Below, piece by piece: positions 9,655-18,078 of a stretch of 31,669 bases of DNA. The stretch is taken from the NCBI GenBank assembly GCA_033551855.1, contig JAWSUI010000022.1, positions 1 through 31,669 on the forward strand, written 5' to 3'. The translations under genes were made by a program, and so were the position numbers. The DNA comes from Deferrisomatales bacterium (lineage in GTDB: Bacteria > Desulfobacterota > Deferrisomatia > Deferrisomatales > JACRMM01). The notes beneath the pieces are model-generated. The model saw only the letters and a program-made list of their open reading frames with translations, was not told the origin of the DNA and searched no databases. Numbering within the stretch: the stretch's first letter is position 1; every line of letters begins with the position of its first letter.

Positions 9655-11109
9655 CTAGCCCCTCGCCGCTTGTTCCTGCCTCAGGCCCCGGGCGGGCCGG
9701 ACGGAAACCTGGGCCAGGTAGCTCCGGAAGGTCCCGTGCCGCAGACAGCCCCAGAAGACGCCCGCCCCGTAGGCCAGCTGCTCCCCGGTGTAGTAGAAGA
9801 GGAACGCCGGGTAACCCAGGCTCACCCGCCGCACCCGATGGTCCACGGCGGCCACGCCCAAGAGGAGCAGGAGCACCACCGCACCCAGCCGGGGGAAGAG
9901 CGCGGACGCCAGGAGCAGCGGCCACCCATAGTACCGGATGGCGTGGTACCCGACATAGTAGGCGAGACTCGCCGCCGCCCGGGCCCGGGAGGCGAGCGCC
10001 CGGGGCAGGCCCAACCCGAGCCCCACCCGCCGGAAGCGGGCCTGGGCCCGGGACGCATCCAGCAGCAGCACCAGCGCTGCCGCGAAGAGGGCGGTCCACC
10101 CCGCCCCCAGGAGGGCCGCCAGGCCACACCCCAGGACCGCGACAAGTCCCGAGGGCGCCGCCAACTTTTTGCGCCGCCGGGGGTGCCGGCCCTGGAGGAG
10201 CGCCTCCGATGTCCCGTACTCGAACCGGCGCCGCAGGAACGCCGCGAGGCGGTTTCGGTGCTCGTGGTAGACCCAGCCCCGCGGCACGTAGACGAGGCGA
10301 TAGCCCCGGTCCCGGAGGCGCCAGCTCAGGTCCACATCCTCCCCCACGTGCATCCCCGCCCGGAACCCGCCGGCCTCGCGGAAGGCGCTGCGCCGCACTA
10401 GGATGTTGCAGCTCGGCACGTAGAAGGTGTCGTCGCCGTCCCGGCCCGAGAGCTCCCGGTCCCCCAAGGAGAGGCTCGACATCCGCGCCTCGTACTGGTC
10501 TAGCCGGGTGGCACAGTGCATCCCCTCCACCCGCCCCCCCACCGCCCCCACCTCCGGGTCGGCGAAGCGGCCCACGAGCTCGGCGAGCCAGTCCGGGGCC
10601 GAGGTGCAGTCCGAGTCGATAAACGCCAGGAGCTCCCCCCGGGCCTCCCGGGCGCCCCGGTTGCGGGCCGAGGCGGGCCCGGCGCCGCACCCCCCGGAAG
10701 CAACCACCCGGGCCCCGTGGGCGCGCGCCACGGCCGGGCTCTCGTCCGTCGATCCGTCGTCCACCACGATCACCTCCAGGAGCTCTCGAGGGTAGCGCAG
10801 CCTCTCCAGGGAGGCGAGGCACCGTTCCAGCTCGTCCGCCCGGTCCTTGACCGGGATCACCACGGTCACGCTGGGCCGCGCCCCGGTCCCCGGGTCTTCC
10901 CCTGCCTGCCGCTCCAGGTATCCGGCCCGGGCCAGGGCCTCCAAGACGTGGGCCTCCCCTCGGCTCCCGCTCGAGAGCGCCCCTTCCCGGGAGAGGAGGC
11001 GGTAGAGGGCCTCGTTCACCCGAACCGCCCGCAGGGGCCGCTCGGCCAACAGGAACTTCCCCTCCTCGGTGGCGCGCAGCGTGACGCCGGGCGCGAGGGA
11101 GAAGCTCAC
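9655..11109 (-). CDS. mftF: Mycofactocin glycosyltransferase MftF (GT2)
   Basis: GTG 11109 overlaps the ETF-beta stop. Motifs VTVVIPVKDR, VVDDGS, GPASARN, AFIDSDC, SSLSLG, YVPSCN, MHVGEDVDL.WRL and RRFEYGTSEA.L..RHP, in mft context. Confidence 0.92.
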   Translation of the reverse strand: MSFSLAPGVTLRATEEGKFLLAERPLRAVRVNEALYRLLSREGALSSGSRGEAHVLEALARAGYLERQAGEDPGTGARPSVTVVIPVKDRADELERCLASLERLRYPRELLEVIVVDDGSTDESPAVARAHGARVVASGGCGAGPASARNRGAREARGELLAFIDSDCTSAPDWLAELVGRFADPEVGAVGGRVEGMHCATRLDQYEARMSSLSLGDRELSGRDGDDTFYVPSCNILVRRSAFREAGGFRAGMHVGEDVDLSWRLRDRGYRLVYVPRGWVYHEHRNRLAAFLRRRFEYGTSEALLQGRHPRRRKKLAAPSGLVAVLGCGLAALLGAGWTALFAAALVLLLDASRAQARFRRVGLGLGLPRALASRARAAASLAYYVGYHAIRYYGWPLLLASALFPRLGAVVLLLLLGVAAVDHRVRRVSLGYPAFLFYYTGEQLAYGAGVFWGCLRHGTFRSYLAQVSVRPARGLRQEQAARG

Positions 11110-11993
11110 GGCGCCCCCCCGGGCACGAGGCCCTCCCGACAGAGGATCCGAAACAGCCCCTCGGCGGCCTCGTCGGGGCTGCCGAAGTGCATCACCCCAG
11201 CCCGGGCCTGGATGCCCCCGGAGAGCAGGGCTGCCACCCGCTCGTGGCCCGGCAGGTCCGCGGCCGGCGTCGGCGCGCGGATGGGCTGGGGCCTCGGCAG
11301 CGAAACACCGTCGCAGCGCAGCAAGGCCCCCTTTTCCCCCACCTCCCACAGCGGCAGGTTCAGCTCGGGAAGTCCCCAGAGCTCCACCTGCGCCTCGGAA
11401 GCGGCGAGAACCCCCTCCAGGTCCGGGTAGCGGGGCACGGCGGACCCGGCCTCGAAGAGGACCGCGCAGGGCAGCGGCACCGAGATGCGCTGGCGTGCAC
11501 CCCGATCGCCCTTGCGCAGCACCTCGGCGTTGGCCCCGGCGACCCGGCAGCCCACCGCGGCGTTCACCACCGGCAGGCCCGACCGGGCCGCCGCCAGGGC
11601 CGGACTGGGCTCGTCCCCCCGGTCCGCGAGGCGCGACCCCGTCGCCACCAGCCCGGGCCGCAGGATCTCCAGAACCCGAGCCAAGAGGCGCCCATCGGCG
11701 ACCGCATCACCCCCCTCCAGGCCGTGGTCCCAGACGCGGATGGCGCGGCTCGCGCCCATGGCCAGGGCCAGGCGCAGGCCGTCCTCCAGGCGCTCGGGTC
11801 CGACCCCCAAGGCGGTCACCGGCCCGCACCCCAGGGCCAGGGCCGCCTCCAGGGCCTCCAGGTCGGCCGGGTTCATCATCCGGCGCAGGCCCCGGTCCCG
11901 CAGGGCGGCCCCACCCTCGGCGGGGTCTGCCGGCGGTCGCGGGTCGACAACCTCCCGCAGGAGGACGAGCACGTCGCGCTGTTGCATCGCCAT
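11106..11993 (-). CDS. etfB: Electron transfer flavoprotein beta subunit (FixA/EtfB-like, divergent)
   Basis: Motifs MNPADLEALEAAL, LRLALAMGASRAIRV and PRYPDL; adjacent to fixX, fixC and etfA. Confidence 0.85.
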   Translation of the reverse strand: MAMQQRDVLVLLREVVDPRPPADPAEGGAALRDRGLRRMMNPADLEALEAALALGCGPVTALGVGPERLEDGLRLALAMGASRAIRVWDHGLEGGDAVADGRLLARVLEILRPGLVATGSRLADRGDEPSPALAAARSGLPVVNAAVGCRVAGANAEVLRKGDRGARQRISVPLPCAVLFEAGSAVPRYPDLEGVLAASEAQVELWGLPELNLPLWEVGEKGALLRCDGVSLPRPQPIRAPTPAADLPGHERVAALLSGGIQARAGVMHFGSPDEAAEGLFRILCREGLVPGGAP

Positions 11994-12017
11994 CTGGGCC
12001 TCCCCGCTCGCCGCCCG

Positions 12018-12302
12018 TCACGTCATCCGGAAGCTGACTCCGAACCCGCCCCGGGGATAGCGCCACCTCTCGAAGTGGCCGTCGCAGACCACGTAGCAGG
12101 TGCCGCACTCCAGGCAGCCGTCGTAGACAAAGGTGAGCTTCCGGTCCTCCTCGGACCAAGTGTAGCACCGGGCCGGGCAGGTGGTGGTGCACCCGCGGTG
12201 GGTGCAGGCGGCGCAGGCCGCAGGGTCGACGACGATGTGGGGCTCCCGGTCGATGGAGAAGCTGGTGACGTCGAACAGGTCGTCGATGTTGACGTAGCTC
12301 AT
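12018..12302 (-). CDS. fixX: Ferredoxin-like protein FixX
   Basis: ATG 12302 overlaps the fixC stop. Motifs PHIVV, C..C....C...CPA.CY, GCLECGTC.VVC and WRYPRGGFGV. Confidence 0.92.
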   Translation of the reverse strand: MSYVNIDDLFDVTSFSIDREPHIVVDPAACAACTHRGCTTTCPARCYTWSEEDRKLTFVYDGCLECGTCYVVCDGHFERWRYPRGGFGVSFRMT

Positions 12303-13597
12303 ACGGCCCTCCACGCGGTGAAGGCATCGGACAGGAGGTCGCGGGTCGTCATCTGCTCCTTCGCCTTGCGCAGGAAAAGCTTCGGGAGCTTCTCCTTGGG
12401 CGCGCCGTCGATCCGGTAGACGCGGTCGAAGAAGCCGCAGAGCACCTCGGGGTACGCCTCGTAGAGGCGGTCGATGTGCAGCATCTTCGGGGCTTTGCGG
12501 TAGAGCTTGAGGTCCTTGAGGACGAAGCTCTCCTCCAGCTTCTTTCGGTAGCGCGCCAGAGTCTGCCTCCGGAAATCCCCCTCCTGCACCGCCTCGATCA
12601 CCGTGTCGGCGGCCAGGACCCCGGAGTGGGCGGCGAGGTTGATCCCCTCCAGGTTGAGGCCGGTGGCGTAGCAGAAACCCGCCGCATCGCCGGTCACCAG
12701 CATCCCGTCCCCCGCGAGCTCCGGGACCGTGTCGTAGCCTCCCTCGGGGATGACGTGGGCGGAGTACTCCAGGAGCCGGCCGCCCCGGAGGAGCTTTGCC
12801 ACCTGGGGGTGGGCCATGAAGTCGTTGAGGAGGTCGTAAGGCGTCTTCCCCGAATCCCGCAGGCTCCCGATGTGGAGCACCAGCCCGATGGAGACGCTGT
12901 CGTAGTTGGTGTAGAGAAAGCCTCCGCCCCGCACGCCGCCGCTGCACCCGACGAATTCGTTCGAGAAGCCCTGGTCCCGCACGAGCCCGAAACGGTCGTC
13001 GATCACCGCTTTGGGGAGGTCGATCAGGGCCTTGACGCCCACGGCCATCTGGTCGGGACCGAGCTTGGGCTGTCGGATCCCGGCCTTGAGGGCCGTGAAG
13101 GAGAGCACGCCGTCCGCCGCCACCACCACCGGCGCCCGGAGCTCTCCTCCTTCCCGCAGGACCCGCACCCCCGCCACCCTGCCCGAATCCAGGATCACGT
13201 CGTCCACCGTGGAGCGGGTGAGGAGCGTCGCGCCCGCGGCGACGGCTTCCCGGGCCAGCCAGTGGTCCCAGGCCGGTCGGTACACCGTGTAGCCGTTGTA
13301 TGGGGCACGGTCGAAGGCCTCGGTCTCGAAGAGCGCGTGAAAGCTCGCCTCGCCGGTCATGAAGGTGAGGGCCTTCTTCACCACGTGGCGCTGCAGCGGC
13401 GCCCGGCTCCAGAAGTCGGGGAACAGCTCCTCCAGGGCGGGCATCCGGTGCAGGAGCCCCCCGAACATGTTCTTCTCGCCGGGAAAACTCCCCCGCTCCA
13501 GGAGCGCCACGTCCAGGCCCGCCCGGGCCAGGCGCAGCGCCGCCGCCGAGCCGGCGGGGCCGGCGCCCACCACGATCGCCTGGAAGGACCGCTTCAT
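12299..13597 (-). CDS. fixC: ETF:quinone oxidoreductase flavoprotein FixC
   Basis: Motifs VVGAGPAGS, ERGSFPGEKNMFGG, GGGFLYTN.DSVSIG, EYSAHVIPEGG and GDAAG. Confidence 0.93.
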   Translation of the reverse strand: MKRSFQAIVVGAGPAGSAAALRLARAGLDVALLERGSFPGEKNMFGGLLHRMPALEELFPDFWSRAPLQRHVVKKALTFMTGEASFHALFETEAFDRAPYNGYTVYRPAWDHWLAREAVAAGATLLTRSTVDDVILDSGRVAGVRVLREGGELRAPVVVAADGVLSFTALKAGIRQPKLGPDQMAVGVKALIDLPKAVIDDRFGLVRDQGFSNEFVGCSGGVRGGGFLYTNYDSVSIGLVLHIGSLRDSGKTPYDLLNDFMAHPQVAKLLRGGRLLEYSAHVIPEGGYDTVPELAGDGMLVTGDAAGFCYATGLNLEGINLAAHSGVLAADTVIEAVQEGDFRRQTLARYRKKLEESFVLKDLKLYRKAPKMLHIDRLYEAYPEVLCGFFDRVYRIDGAPKEKLPKLFLRKAKEQMTTRDLLSDAFTAWRAV

Positions 13598-14601
13598 CGG
13601 GCACCTCCGGCGGCGGTCCTCACCAGCTCCAGGAGCCGGGGCAGGACCTCCCGCGCGTCCGCCACGAACCCCTCGTCCGAGTTGGGGAACAGGGGGGCCT
13701 TGGGGTCCACGTTGAGCGACACGATGGCCCTGGAGTCCTTGACCCCCCCCACGTGGTGCATGGACCCGGAGATTCCCACCCCCAGGTAGAATCGCGGCGT
13801 CACGGTCTTGCCGGTCTGGCCGATCATCCGCTCGAAGCCCGCAAACCCCTGGTCGTAGACCGGGCGGGTCACCCCCAGGGAGGCGTGCAGGAGCCGCGAG
13901 AGCTCCCGGAGCCGCTCGTAGGTCTCCCGGTCCAGGCCCTTGCCGGCGCAGAAGATCACCTCGGCCTCGGACACGTCGACGGTCTGGGGGTCGGGGGGGA
14001 TGCGCTCGACCACCCGCACCCGCTTCGCGCCCGCCAGCGCCTCGAAGGCCCAGCTCACCCGCCGGGGCTCGCTCGGCGCCATCGAGGGCAGCACCACGGC
14101 GCCCAGGGCCTGGGGCAGCACGGTGAGGACGAGCGGGGTGCCGTCGGCCCAGACGCGGTGCTCCGCCACGCGGGGCCCGAGGACCCGGCGGGTCAGGCGC
14201 AGGCCCTCCGCCAGGGGCTCAAAGGCGAGCGCCTCGGTGAAGAGCGCCGCCCCCAGGCGCGCCGCCACCAGGGGAGCCAGGGCCGAGCCGGCGTCGGTGT
14301 GGGCCAGCAGCACGCACGCGGCGCCCACGTGCCGGGCCGCGCCGGCCACGGCGTCCGCCAGGGCCTCGGGGTAGTCGGCCAGGGGCTCGCCGGAGGCGAT
14401 CTCCAAGATCTCGGGCACGCCGTAGGCCCCGAAGGGAGCGTAGGCGGCCGGGTCCGGCGGGGGCAGGCAGACGGCCCGCCAGGGCGCCTTCAGGGCCTGG
14501 GCGAGCTTGCCGCTCTCGGCCAGGATGCCCTTGCCCGCCTCGTCCAGCTCCCCCTCGGGGAACGGCGCGTAGACCAGGAACTCGCCGGTGGCCGGGGACA
14601 T
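13594..14601 (-). CDS. etfA: Electron transfer flavoprotein alpha subunit (FixB/EtfA)
   Basis: C-terminal part of the 1016-aa ORF, ATG 14601. Motifs VSEAEVIFCAGKG, TRP, MIGQTGKTVTP, GISGSMHHVGG and NVDPKAPLF. Confidence 0.92.
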   Translation of the reverse strand: MSPATGEFLVYAPFPEGELDEAGKGILAESGKLAQALKAPWRAVCLPPPDPAAYAPFGAYGVPEILEIASGEPLADYPEALADAVAGAARHVGAACVLLAHTDAGSALAPLVAARLGAALFTEALAFEPLAEGLRLTRRVLGPRVAEHRVWADGTPLVLTVLPQALGAVVLPSMAPSEPRRVSWAFEALAGAKRVRVVERIPPDPQTVDVSEAEVIFCAGKGLDRETYERLRELSRLLHASLGVTRPVYDQGFAGFERMIGQTGKTVTPRFYLGVGISGSMHHVGGVKDSRAIVSLNVDPKAPLFPNSDEGFVADAREVLPRLLELVRTAAGGAR

Positions 14602-16568
14602 CAGAGCTCCCTCCCCACCTTGTGGCCGTCCCAGATCGCCATGTCCACCTTGCGGGGAGCCACGCAGTCGCCGATCCGGTGGAGTTCCTTGACCTTGCCC
14701 TTGAGGGCCTTGTACAGGCTGTCGTCCGCCTCCTGGTTGACCGCCAGGACCACCGAGTCGTAAGGGCCGAAATCGGCCATGACGTTGGAGTAGACGTTGA
14801 TGCCCTGGAGCATCTTGGCCCCGGGCTCCCCGGAGACCGCGATCACCGCCGTGTCCGGGGTGAAGGTGCACCCCTTCTGCAGAAGCCGCTGGCGGGTGAG
14901 GTAGAGGTCCTGGAGGGGGCCGAGCTCGGCGCCCACGAAGAGGCTCGAGCACAGGATGTGGACCGACTTTCCCAGGATGGCCATGTACTCGGCCGTAGAG
15001 GTCGCCCGGTGGTGGCCGTCCTGGTCCACGAGGCACACCTTCTCCCCCAGGTCCGCCTCCCCCTGGAGCACCTGCCACACGTCGTAGACCCCGGGGCCGT
15101 CGGCGCCCCCGATGCCCGGGTTCCCAGCCGGCACGCTGCCCGTGGCGACGACGACTGCGTCGGGCTTCTCCCGGAGGACCAGCTCGGGGGTCACCTCCAC
15201 CCCCAGGTGGACGGTCACCCCGGCCTTGTCCACATTGCCCTTCTCGTTGCGGATGATGACCCCGAACTCGTCCCGGCCCGCGCCCTTCAAGGCGATGCGC
15301 ACCTGGCCCCCGAGCTCTTCGTTGCGGTCGTAGAGATCCACCCGGTGGCCCCGCCGTCCGGCCATCTTGGCGGCCCACAGCCCCGCAGGGCCCCCGCCGA
15401 CGACCATCACCTTCTTCTTCACCGGCGCGGGCTTGAGCGAACCCTCGCCCCAGTCCTTCTCCAGCCCCACGGCCGGGTTCTGGATGCACCCCAGGAGCTT
15501 GTTCAGACCCATGCGGCCGATGCACCCCTGGTTGTCGCCGATGCAGTAACGGATGTCCTCGATCTTCCCCTCGAAGGCCTTCTTCGGCAGGAAGGGGTCG
15601 CAAATCAGCGCCCGGCACATGCCGATCACGTCCGCCTGGCCGTTTGCCAGCACCTTCTCGGCCATCACCGGGTCGTTGATCCGCCCCGTGCAGAAGACCG
15701 GCAGCTTGATCTTCTCCCGGATCCCCGCGGCCAGCGGGATGGTGTAGCCCAGCGGGGTGTGCATCGATCCTTCGACCAGGTACAGGTTGAAGAAGGTGCC
15801 GATGGAGAGGTCCATGAAGTCGATCAGGCCCGTGGCCTCGAAGCGCTGGGCCATCTGCTGGATGTCGGCGAGGTTCAGGCCGCCCCACGGGATCATCTCG
15901 TCGGCGCACAGCCGGATACCCATGGTGAAGTCCTTCCCCACCGCCTTGCGGACCGCCTCGATGAACAGCACCGGGGCCCGCATCCGATTTTCCAGGCTCC
16001 CGCCGTACTCGTCCTGCCGGCGGTTCGTCAGGGGCGAGAGGAACTGGCGGGCGAGGCTCGAGTGCCCGTACTGGAGCTCGATGCCGTCGAAGCCGCCCTC
16101 CCGGGCGTGGACCGCGCTCTTGGCGAAGTATCGGGCCACCTCCTGGATGTCCTCGGCCTCCATCTCCTTGGGGACCTCCCGGAAGAGCACGTCGGGCACC
16201 GGGCTCGGGGCCCACACCGGCAGGCGGGACAGGGTGCCGTCGCACTGCTGCCCGTTGTGGTTGAGCTGCGCAAAGATCTTGGCGTCGTACTGGTGGACCC
16301 GGTCGGTGATCTTCCGAAAGCCCGGCACCACCGCGGGCTGGAACACCTCGATGAGCTTCTCGTAGGCCCGGTCCGTGGGGTGAACGCTCATCTCCTCGGT
16401 GATGATGAGCCCCACTCCCCCCTTGGCCCGCTCGCCCCAGTAGTACCGGTGCCGCTCGCTGGGCAGGCAGTCCACCGCGAAGTTGGTCAAGTGCGGCTGA
16501 AAGGAGAGGCGGTTCTTGATCTCCACCACGCCCAGTCTGAGCGGCGAGAAGAGGTATTGGAACATCAT
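14601..16568 (-). CDS. Mycofactocin-system FadH/OYE family flavin oxidoreductase (FMN barrel + Fe-S + FAD/NAD domain)
   Basis: Starts MMFQYLFSPL, overlapping the mftC stop. Motifs ERAKGGVGLIITEE.SVHPTD, ELQYGHSSL.RQFLSP.TN.R.DEYGGSLENR, CIGDNQGC, VVGGGPAG and RIGDCVAPR. Confidence 0.88.
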   Translation of the reverse strand: MMFQYLFSPLRLGVVEIKNRLSFQPHLTNFAVDCLPSERHRYYWGERAKGGVGLIITEEMSVHPTDRAYEKLIEVFQPAVVPGFRKITDRVHQYDAKIFAQLNHNGQQCDGTLSRLPVWAPSPVPDVLFREVPKEMEAEDIQEVARYFAKSAVHAREGGFDGIELQYGHSSLARQFLSPLTNRRQDEYGGSLENRMRAPVLFIEAVRKAVGKDFTMGIRLCADEMIPWGGLNLADIQQMAQRFEATGLIDFMDLSIGTFFNLYLVEGSMHTPLGYTIPLAAGIREKIKLPVFCTGRINDPVMAEKVLANGQADVIGMCRALICDPFLPKKAFEGKIEDIRYCIGDNQGCIGRMGLNKLLGCIQNPAVGLEKDWGEGSLKPAPVKKKVMVVGGGPAGLWAAKMAGRRGHRVDLYDRNEELGGQVRIALKGAGRDEFGVIIRNEKGNVDKAGVTVHLGVEVTPELVLREKPDAVVVATGSVPAGNPGIGGADGPGVYDVWQVLQGEADLGEKVCLVDQDGHHRATSTAEYMAILGKSVHILCSSLFVGAELGPLQDLYLTRQRLLQKGCTFTPDTAVIAVSGEPGAKMLQGINVYSNVMADFGPYDSVVLAVNQEADDSLYKALKGKVKELHRIGDCVAPRKVDMAIWDGHKVGREL

Positions 16569-17644
16569 GGCGTTGCTCCTTCGGAGCCGTGACGGGTGAC
16601 GAGTGACAGGTGACGCGCGGCCGAGGGCTCGGAGACCGCGGCAACGCAACGCTCGAGGCACTCGGGGTCTCCGCCGTCCAGGCCCCGGCGTAGGTGGTAC
16701 GCCACCGCGGGGCAGCCTCCGTGGCAGTGGTCGAACCGCCCGCAGTCCTCGCAGGAGCGGATTCGCAGGCTCCGGAAGGACGCGAACACCCCCGAGGCGT
16801 CCCAGATCTCCCGGAAGGGGGCCTCCCGCAGCGACCCGGCCTCGAACTCCGGGCTCTGGAGGAAGGCGCAGGGGTAGACGCCGCCCTCCGGGCCCACGCA
16901 GCAGGTGAGCTTCGCCGCGCCGCAGAGGTTGAGGCCCAGCCCCTGGCGCTGCTGTCGCGTGAGGGAGAAGAAACTGTCCCCGGTGCGGACGTCGCCGCTC
17001 GCGGAGAGCCACTCCGAGAAGGCGAGGAGCTGCTCGGCCGAGGGTCGAAGCTCCTCCCAGTGCAGGGCTCCCCGCCCCGAGGGGCGCAGGCGGCTCACCC
17101 GGAGGGAGACGCCGAGGGCGGCGGCGAGCCGGTGAAGCTCCGGGATCTCGGACGCGTTCCCGCCCGTGAGCACGGTGTTGATGCTCGTGGGGATCGGGCT
17201 CTCGCCCAGGAGGCGCAGGGCGGCCAGCGCCCGGACGTACGTTCCCGCCCCCCGGAGCGCGTCGCAGGTCGGCCCGCGGGCGCCGTCGAGGCTCACCTGG
17301 ACCGCCACCAGGCCCGACGCCGAGAGCTGCTCCACCCGCCCGGCGTCCAGGAGGGTGCCGTTGGTGGAGATGCAGGTGACGATCCCCCGGTCGTGGCACG
17401 CGGCCAGAATCTCCTCGAAGTCCGGGCGCAGGAAGGGCTCCCCCCCTCCGAAGTTCACCTGAAAGACCCGGGCCGCGCAGAGCTGTTCCACCAGGTCCAA
17501 GGCCTCGGCCGTGGAGAGCTCCCGCGCCGCCGGGGCCCCCGACGCCGACAGGCAGTGGCGGCAGCGCAGGTTGCAGGCGAGCGTCACCTCCCAGGTGAGG
17601 TTCACCGGGGCCCCCAGGCCGCGCTCAACGAACCGGTTGCTCAC
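16565..17644 (-). CDS. mftC: Mycofactocin radical SAM/SPASM maturase MftC
   Basis: GLGAPVNLTWEVTLACNLRCRHCLS (CxxxCxxC), GGGEP and VQVSLDGA. SPASM cysteines CGAAKLTC..YPC..C..C.....C.GGC..DPEC. Next to mftAB. Confidence 0.95.
   Translation of the reverse strand: MSNRFVERGLGAPVNLTWEVTLACNLRCRHCLSASGAPAARELSTAEALDLVEQLCAARVFQVNFGGGEPFLRPDFEEILAACHDRGIVTCISTNGTLLDAGRVEQLSASGLVAVQVSLDGARGPTCDALRGAGTYVRALAALRLLGESPIPTSINTVLTGGNASEIPELHRLAAALGVSLRVSRLRPSGRGALHWEELRPSAEQLLAFSEWLSASGDVRTGDSFFSLTRQQRQGLGLNLCGAAKLTCCVGPEGGVYPCAFLQSPEFEAGSLREAPFREIWDASGVFASFRSLRIRSCEDCGRFDHCHGGCPAVAYHLRRGLDGGDPECLERCVAAVSEPSAARHLSLVTRHGSEGATP
16589..16616. repeat. Heptamer tandem repeat (GTGACNN x4) in the 3' tail of mftC
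   Basis: GTGACGG GTGACGA GTGACAG GTGACGC. Confidence 0.7.
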
Positions 17645-17888
17645 GCAGGAACCCCTTCTCGGCCAGGGTCGCGAGCAGCCTCGCCAGGCGAGCCGCCCCG
17701 GGCGGGACCCCCCTTCCCGCCACAGGGCCCCGGCCCCCCTCGGCGGTCACGCCAGCCTGGAGGTCCGACGGCTCCAGGAGGTCGCCCGTCTCCGCGAAGA
17801 GGAGCCGCGGCCCCCGAAGGTCGTAGAAGAGGAGCCCGAAGGCCTCCTTGCGGACCCGGCAGGCGGGGTGGAGGGTGTAGAGGGGCAC
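17625..17888 (-). CDS. mftB: Mycofactocin RRE chaperone MftB
   Basis: LHP..RVRKEAFGLLFYD....RL.F and L..LAEKG. Sits between mftA and mftC; its GTG abuts the mftA stop. Confidence 0.9.
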   Translation of the reverse strand: MPLYTLHPACRVRKEAFGLLFYDLRGPRLLFAETGDLLEPSDLQAGVTAEGGRGPVAGRGVPPGAARLARLLATLAEKGFLREQPVR

Positions 17889-18017
17889 TCAGTACACCCC
17901 GCAGATCCCGTCGATGGCCAGCTCCTCGATGGCGATCTCCTCGAGGATCTCGGGTTCCTCGGCGCCCTCTTCGCGGGGCTCTTCCGGCACGCTCCCCAGC
18001 TTCGCGATCTCTTCCAT
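17889..18017 (-). CDS. mftA: Mycofactocin precursor peptide MftA (42 aa), absent from the ORF track
   Basis: Manual translation: MEEIAKLGSVPEEPREEGAEEPEILEEIAIEELAIDGICGVY*. Acidic leader plus IDGxCGVY core. GAGGAG RBS upstream. Confidence 0.96.
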   Translation of the reverse strand: MEEIAKLGSVPEEPREEGAEEPEILEEIAIEELAIDGICGVY

Positions 18018-18078
18018 CGCTCGTCTCCTCTCTCGTCCTTTCCCGATCCCTTCCGCGCTCCGCTTCCTGCCTTTCGCC

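Noticed and set aside
12018..17399. Very long ORFs in the track (528, 1016 and 932 aa) suggesting fusion proteins
   Set aside because: Their N-terminal parts are Arg/Gly/Pro-rich off-frame read-through of neighbouring genes in high-GC DNA. The real genes start at internal codons (12302, 14601, 16568). The same applies to the 918-aa, 581-aa, 814-aa and 777-aa ORFs elsewhere.
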